Shown piece by piece: positions 57,885 through 64,000 of a stretch of DNA of 64,000 nucleotides; positions within the stretch are counted from its first letter, which is position 1, and every line of letters starts with the position of its first letter. The notes under the pieces are model-generated. The model made no database searches and was not told the DNA's origin. It saw only the letters and a program-made list of their open reading frames with translations. Source of the DNA: Escherichia coli (GTDB lineage Bacteria > Pseudomonadota > Gammaproteobacteria > Enterobacterales > Enterobacteriaceae); the NCBI RefSeq assembly GCF_003018235.1, contig NZ_CP027437.1. One strand, written 5' to 3'. A program made the position numbers and the translations under genes.

Positions 57885-59180
57885 TTAATTTTTCATTGCT
57901 TCGTTATGGGGCATGGTTGGGGCAAACTCGCTTAACTGTGTATTTAACAAAGCTACCTGTGCATTATTGTTTTCAGACATCCATTTTCCGTATACCTGAA
58001 ATACCATTTGCGCATCTGCATGGCCCATCTGGTTTGCTATAAATGCCGGGTTAGCACCAGCTGTCAGCGACCAGCAGGCATAAGTATGTCTCGACTGATA
58101 TGATTTTCGATGGCGGAGTCCGGCACGTTTTATCGCTGCGTCCCACATCTGCCTTATTGAGTCAACGGTAAAATGGTCACCATAATTTTTTACTCTCGCT
58201 GACACTTCAGGTTGAAAAACAAAGGTGCATTTTTGTTTTTCTGTTCTGCCATACTCTCTGAGGTGAACATCAATGATATGCTCTTTGCTCAGTCTCGTTA
58301 ATGTCATCTGACTCCGGAGAGCGTCGATTGCTGGCTTAATAAGATGAATGACCCGATTGGTTCCCGCCTGTGTTTTTGGTACCGTGAAACGGTCTTTTGC
58401 TAAATTTCTCCTGATCATCATTGTTCCATTTTTCAGATCTATGTCCTCCCATCCAAGTGCACACAGCTCACCAGGGCGAACGCCAGTATAAACAGAAACA
58501 CACCATAAATTTTTTGCTTGCTGATTTCTGCACGCATCGATAAGACGGATAAATTCCTCCCGCGAAAGAGGATCCGGAATGGTTCTTGATTCCTTTAATG
58601 GCGAGATCCCCTTAAACGGATTATCTGGCAGGTAACCGTTATCAACACCAAACTGGAACACGGCGTTAAGATTTGTCATGTAATTATTTACAGTTACAGC
58701 CGATCTCCCTGGTTGTGTAACAATATAGTTACTTTTGGGGATCTGGTATCCAGTCAGTAGCTCTTTACGAACCTCCAGTAATTTTTCTTTATTAATCGAT
58801 GAGGCAAGATTTTTTTCACCGATTATGCTCAGGATATTTTTGATGACGGCACGGTATGTGTTGAGTGATGTTTTGGCGACTTCAGTTTCTTTCAGTGCCA
58901 GAAATTTTTCAGCCAGTTCTTTTATGGTTAAATCTTGTCGGGCCTCACCAAATTTTTCCAGATTGCGTGAGGAGGGAAACTGTTTTGCATAGTCGAAAAC
59001 ACCAGTTTTTATTGCGTAACAAACAGAGGAGCGTAGTTCACCTGCAACGCGCCTGTTTTTTGCTGTGTCAGGAACCCCCAGATTTTCCCTGACTCTTACG
59101 CCTTTATAAACAAACCAGATACGTAATTTCCATCCATGGTTTTCCACGCCTGTCGGATATTTCATTTCAACTTCTCTCAT
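57885..59180 (-). CDS. Phage tyrosine integrase (lambda Int family), apparently intact
   Basis: 431-aa ORF with C-terminal catalytic-domain residues consistent with tyrosine recombinases (R...HxxR...Y in ...SRHTYACWSL...); start could be M1 or M6. Confidence 0.85.
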   Translation of the reverse strand: MREVEMKYPTGVENHGWKLRIWFVYKGVRVRENLGVPDTAKNRRVAGELRSSVCYAIKTGVFDYAKQFPSSRNLEKFGEARQDLTIKELAEKFLALKETEVAKTSLNTYRAVIKNILSIIGEKNLASSINKEKLLEVRKELLTGYQIPKSNYIVTQPGRSAVTVNNYMTNLNAVFQFGVDNGYLPDNPFKGISPLKESRTIPDPLSREEFIRLIDACRNQQAKNLWCVSVYTGVRPGELCALGWEDIDLKNGTMMIRRNLAKDRFTVPKTQAGTNRVIHLIKPAIDALRSQMTLTRLSKEHIIDVHLREYGRTEKQKCTFVFQPEVSARVKNYGDHFTVDSIRQMWDAAIKRAGLRHRKSYQSRHTYACWSLTAGANPAFIANQMGHADAQMVFQVYGKWMSENNNAQVALLNTQLSEFAPTMPHNEAMKN

Positions 59181-59199
59181 TAGTTAGTGTGGCTTTTAG

Positions 59200-59451
59200 T
59201 CAAGTAAGATGACGTCTTGGTCTCGCTGATGCCTGGCGCAAAATCCAGCGATCAATTTCTTCCAGGTTGTAAAAGCATGGACTGTTATCCCATGGCATAC
59301 CGTCATGAGCGACATGCTTATATTCCCTTCCTTCCATAAACGATTTTTCCCGGGCCTTTTTTAACGTACCTTTTTTTATTCCTTTCAGCGCAATTAACTG
59401 CTCTTCGGATACCCATTTGCCGGGAGAGACAATCATGATTACTTCGCTCAT
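59200..59451 (-). CDS. Putative excisionase / small DNA-binding protein
   Basis: 83-aa basic ORF immediately upstream of int in the usual xis position; no family match verified. Confidence 0.5.
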   Translation of the reverse strand: MSEVIMIVSPGKWVSEEQLIALKGIKKGTLKKAREKSFMEGREYKHVAHDGMPWDNSPCFYNLEEIDRWILRQASARPRRHLT

Positions 59452-59523
59452 CGATTTCTTTATCTCTTACATCAGACGAGCGCCGGTTGCAGAATACCAG
59501 TCACAACCGGCGACAGTTGAACA

Positions 59524-61995
59524 TTAAGAATCAGCCTGACTCGGGATCAGTTTTTGCCAGATAACTGAAACGTATTTTGCCTGGTAACGGGCGTCATCAA
59601 GTGCATTATGGCGCTCACCTTCGAATGGAATAGCCGTTCTGGCATCGAAGTCTATGGCTTTCCCCAGCTCAACGATTGTGCGTACATCGCGATCGTTGTA
59701 GTAACGCCACGGGCAGGGGATCCCCTGCCGTTCGTATGAACGGCGCAAAATCGTGTTGTCGAAGTTGGCTCCATTTCCCCAAACCTGAACAAAAAATTCA
59801 CCGGAGTTTTCGTCGATAAATTCCCGCAATTGTAACAGTGCATCATCTAACGGGATTTCATCGGTCATAATGGCAGATTGCGCTTCGCGTGATTGCTTAA
59901 GCCACCATTTAATGGTGTCCCGATCAATGACTCCGCCAGCAGTTTCCAGATCGATAGTCTTACTAAATTCCGGTCCCATATCTCCGGTTTGCGGATCGAA
60001 AAATATTGCACCTATTGAGATGATCGGGGCATCAGGATTTTTTCCCATGGTTTCAAGGTCGATCATTAGATGGTCACACGTCCTGCTGGTGGATGTGATT
60101 TCGTGATGACCGTTCACCTTAATTGAGTGATCTGCCGTCTCGCCAGTTTCATTATCGCTATTGTGATGCTGATTGCCGCCAGTGTTCTCCTTGTGTGGAT
60201 GTTCAGCGCCTTCCATTTCCTCCGGATCATCTTCCTGAACTTCAACCTGATACTCTTCATCGAATGTTTCTTGGTATGTTGCGTCGCCCATCACCGCGCC
60301 ACAATCAGGGCAGTTGCCGCCGCCGGTCTGACCGCAGGCGGTGCAGACTTTTTCCACTTCCTGTTGCGCCACTGGTTCAGGCTGTTTCGTTTCTGGCTCG
60401 TTTTGTAACGCATTTGTGCTGTTTTGTTCCGCTTTTTGGTAGTTCCGTTCCGATTCATGCTGGTTCTGGTTCACAGAATCGCGGGTCTGGATCCCCTTAA
60501 CCCATTTCGGATCATTCGGGTCACTAATCCCTTCAACAAATTCACCACGTGATGCAGCAAGCAACTTATCGGCGTCAGGCTGGCTGATATTGGCTGCCTG
60601 CATAATTTTGTTTACTTCGTCAGCGGTAACTTTTATCGGCTCTGGTTGTTCTGAATCTTCAGCGGTATCTACATTTTGCGGTAAGCCCGTGTATGTGCCA
60701 TTTTTTCGGGCAAAATATTCTTCTTTTGTGATTTCAGTGGCGCCAGCAGCCAGTGCCTTATCCAGACCAGAAAGTTTGTTTGCGCGACCGTATTTTTCTC
60801 CGTCCTTATCTGCGAAGAGGAAATAGAACGGCCCCTCACGCTCTACAGATGGTTCAGCTTCCGGCGCGGTTTCATTTTTTGGGATATCAGATACCTCAGT
60901 TTCCACTGCATCAGTTTGTGTTTCTGATGACTGGAGAACATCAACAGTGCCCAGGTCTGTTTCTTCATTCTCAAACACGCCCTTTGTCGTCAGGTATTCG
61001 CAGATATATTTGTTCAGTGCTATGGGATCTTTGTGAATGTCGATCGGACGCTCACGGACAAGGCCAAAAATAGTCTGGCGGTCGTAGCGAAGGGCATCAG
61101 GCTGTTTGCGCATTGATGCCGAGATACGCTTCCAGTCTTCGCGGTCGTTGTCGATAACTTCTTTTTTTGCCCAGCGATGGATGCTGCCGTCAATGTTTCC
61201 GGCATCCACATCACCAGGCCAGAGAGCGTAGGCCAGTTCGTCATCCAGTGTTTTCCATGTCTGCTTGTATTCGCGATGAATGGCAGCAATGACCGGGCTG
61301 ATTTTTCCTGTTGAATTTTCAGTGTACTGTTGATTGGCTCTGGCGCGGGCGAGATCAACAACAGACGTGTATTTTCCGGTTTCCTTGCGTTCACCTTCGC
61401 GACGTTTTTTCCAGATGCGCATCTCTGCCTGAATTTCGGGCCATTTAGCACCAGGAATACATTTATGCTTAACCCACCCAATGGCGTGCAACTTAAGCTC
61501 CGGATACATGGCGTTAACTTCTGGCATTTTCATCAACGCTTCAACGATATGTCCGTCGAATGTTGCCATGTCTTCCTGCAACAATTCCTGTGCGCTAATA
61601 ACCATATCAACGGTGATGTTTTCACATGTGTCGAACTTAACCATGACAGCGTTCTGTACTTCAGGGGCCAGCTTGTCAAAAGTGACGTTCATCGGATCGG
61701 ATTCAGTCTCAACCGGGACAAAAGAAGCAGACTCCTCATCCCAGCGGTTTTCCTGCATATATTCAGCATCCCATGAATCGAGGGCAGGGCGGGGTATGCC
61801 AGGTTTATCCTCGCAGACAATAAATTTATAAGCGCAGTCCTGAGCAGCCGGATAATGTTCCAGGAACTGCCAGTGAAATTTTGCTCGAGCACGGCGTTCG
61901 TCGCCAGCTTCAATGGCTGTGGCTACAGCCACAGCGCCTTCTTCCCTTGTTGCCAGTTCGTCAGGAATAGCGGCGCAAATAAAGACTTTACTCAT
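59524..61995 (-). CDS. Prophage large exonuclease-like protein with C-terminal DnaQ-like DEDDh 3'-5' exonuclease domain and a central CxxC-x9-CxxC zinc-ribbon motif
   Basis: 823-aa ORF; C-terminus carries motifs DLET, WGNGANFDN and HNALDDA; middle carries CTACGQTGGGNCPDCG; acidic low-complexity linker. Confidence 0.65.
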   Translation of the reverse strand: MSKVFICAAIPDELATREEGAVAVATAIEAGDERRARAKFHWQFLEHYPAAQDCAYKFIVCEDKPGIPRPALDSWDAEYMQENRWDEESASFVPVETESDPMNVTFDKLAPEVQNAVMVKFDTCENITVDMVISAQELLQEDMATFDGHIVEALMKMPEVNAMYPELKLHAIGWVKHKCIPGAKWPEIQAEMRIWKKRREGERKETGKYTSVVDLARARANQQYTENSTGKISPVIAAIHREYKQTWKTLDDELAYALWPGDVDAGNIDGSIHRWAKKEVIDNDREDWKRISASMRKQPDALRYDRQTIFGLVRERPIDIHKDPIALNKYICEYLTTKGVFENEETDLGTVDVLQSSETQTDAVETEVSDIPKNETAPEAEPSVEREGPFYFLFADKDGEKYGRANKLSGLDKALAAGATEITKEEYFARKNGTYTGLPQNVDTAEDSEQPEPIKVTADEVNKIMQAANISQPDADKLLAASRGEFVEGISDPNDPKWVKGIQTRDSVNQNQHESERNYQKAEQNSTNALQNEPETKQPEPVAQQEVEKVCTACGQTGGGNCPDCGAVMGDATYQETFDEEYQVEVQEDDPEEMEGAEHPHKENTGGNQHHNSDNETGETADHSIKVNGHHEITSTSRTCDHLMIDLETMGKNPDAPIISIGAIFFDPQTGDMGPEFSKTIDLETAGGVIDRDTIKWWLKQSREAQSAIMTDEIPLDDALLQLREFIDENSGEFFVQVWGNGANFDNTILRRSYERQGIPCPWRYYNDRDVRTIVELGKAIDFDARTAIPFEGERHNALDDARYQAKYVSVIWQKLIPSQADS

Positions 61996-62088
61996 TTTGT
62001 TTTAACCTCATGACAGATTTAAGGATGAACAAATCCCTGCTATTGCTGGCATATAAGAATGAAACCGGATATTTATTACGGAACTGTT

Positions 62089-62280
62089 TTAAAGACCTGC
62101 CGGGATTTCGATATTATCCTGGTGAATAACTTTATCGACCGGGTAACAGTTACCGGGAATTTTCTGTTCGGTTGCTGCAGTCATACACTCCTGTATTGTC
62201 CTGTGAACACTGACTGCAATATCAACTGGCTCTCCGGAAACAAGAAAAACTGTCAGAACAAGCGCAAATGCTGAATTCAT
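62089..62280 (-). CDS. Hypothetical small prophage protein with hydrophobic N-terminus
   Basis: 63 aa from the internal Met (MNSAFALVLTVFLVSGEP...); reverse-complement ATG at 62278-62280 overlaps the upstream ORF stop (ATGA). Confidence 0.35.
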   Translation of the reverse strand: MNSAFALVLTVFLVSGEPVDIAVSVHRTIQECMTAATEQKIPGNCYPVDKVIHQDNIEIPAGL

Positions 62281-62465
62281 TGTGCACATCCTTTTGGCAT
62301 CAGACGTAAACGAGCCAGCATTGAAACAATGCATATTTTATTTAATAGCTCCCGTTCTTGTTTTCTCTTGTTAATGGCATCTTCAGTAAATACAGGGTTA
62401 CTGATAGTGACACCAATTTCAAAACAACCTTCAGACGTATTAACGTTTGGTAATAACGTTTTCAT
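62277..62465 (-). CDS. Hypothetical small prophage protein
   Basis: 62 aa from the Met of MKTLLPNVNTSEGCFEIG...; GAGGA Shine-Dalgarno 7 nt upstream; translationally coupled to the downstream small ORF. Confidence 0.35.
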   Translation of the reverse strand: MKTLLPNVNTSEGCFEIGVTISNPVFTEDAINKRKQERELLNKICIVSMLARLRLMPKGCAQ

Positions 62466-62636
62466 TATCGCGTCCTCAACAATGAATTTTGTGATGCAGT
62501 GCCTGGTGCCTCCAGGTGACGTTAACCAGTTAACAATTAACGCCGGATACAGAGAATCCACCCATAACACTGTTTTTGGTTTTAACTGTTCCGCGTGCGC
62601 TTAGCCGCATTCACCGCATCACAAAACTCACTTTAA

Positions 62637-64000
<1,364 letters not shown>

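Overview
This window reads as a contiguous stretch of Escherichia coli chromosome, collinear with the K-12 MG1655 rsx–uid–mal–fum–tus–rst–pnt–ynf–rsp region but given in reverse-complement orientation relative to K-12 numbering. Calls rest on recognising the translated ORFs and their conserved gene order; no database search was run. About 57.7 kb is core genome: rsxE' through rsxA, ydgK, cnu, blr, ydgJ, add, malYXI, hdhA, uidRABC, ydgA, manA, fumA, fumC, tus with its Ter site, rstBA, ydgC, folM, ydgI, ydgH, pntAB, tqsA, mdtJI, ydgD, ydgU, asr, ynfM, ynfL, mlc, ynfK, clcB, dmsD, ynfHGFE, ynfDC, speG, ynfBA and rspAB. The last ~6 kb (57.9–64 kb) is the integrase-proximal edge of a Qin-like lambdoid prophage inserted in ydfJ, carrying an apparently intact integrase, an excisionase-like gene, an 823-aa exonuclease-like protein, two tiny ORFs and a partial IS21-family (IS100-like) element. 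I found no CRISPR array, rRNA or tRNA, and no convincing undescribed multi-gene system. The points worth a second look are two single-base homopolymer frameshifts that split rsxD and ynfE, an in-frame TGA in IS istA, a C11 tract in the uidR–uidA intergenic region, a 96-bp tandem repeat array in rsxC, and the prophage's uncharacterised large protein. The three gene lesions could equally be assembly or sequencing errors and need read-level confirmation.
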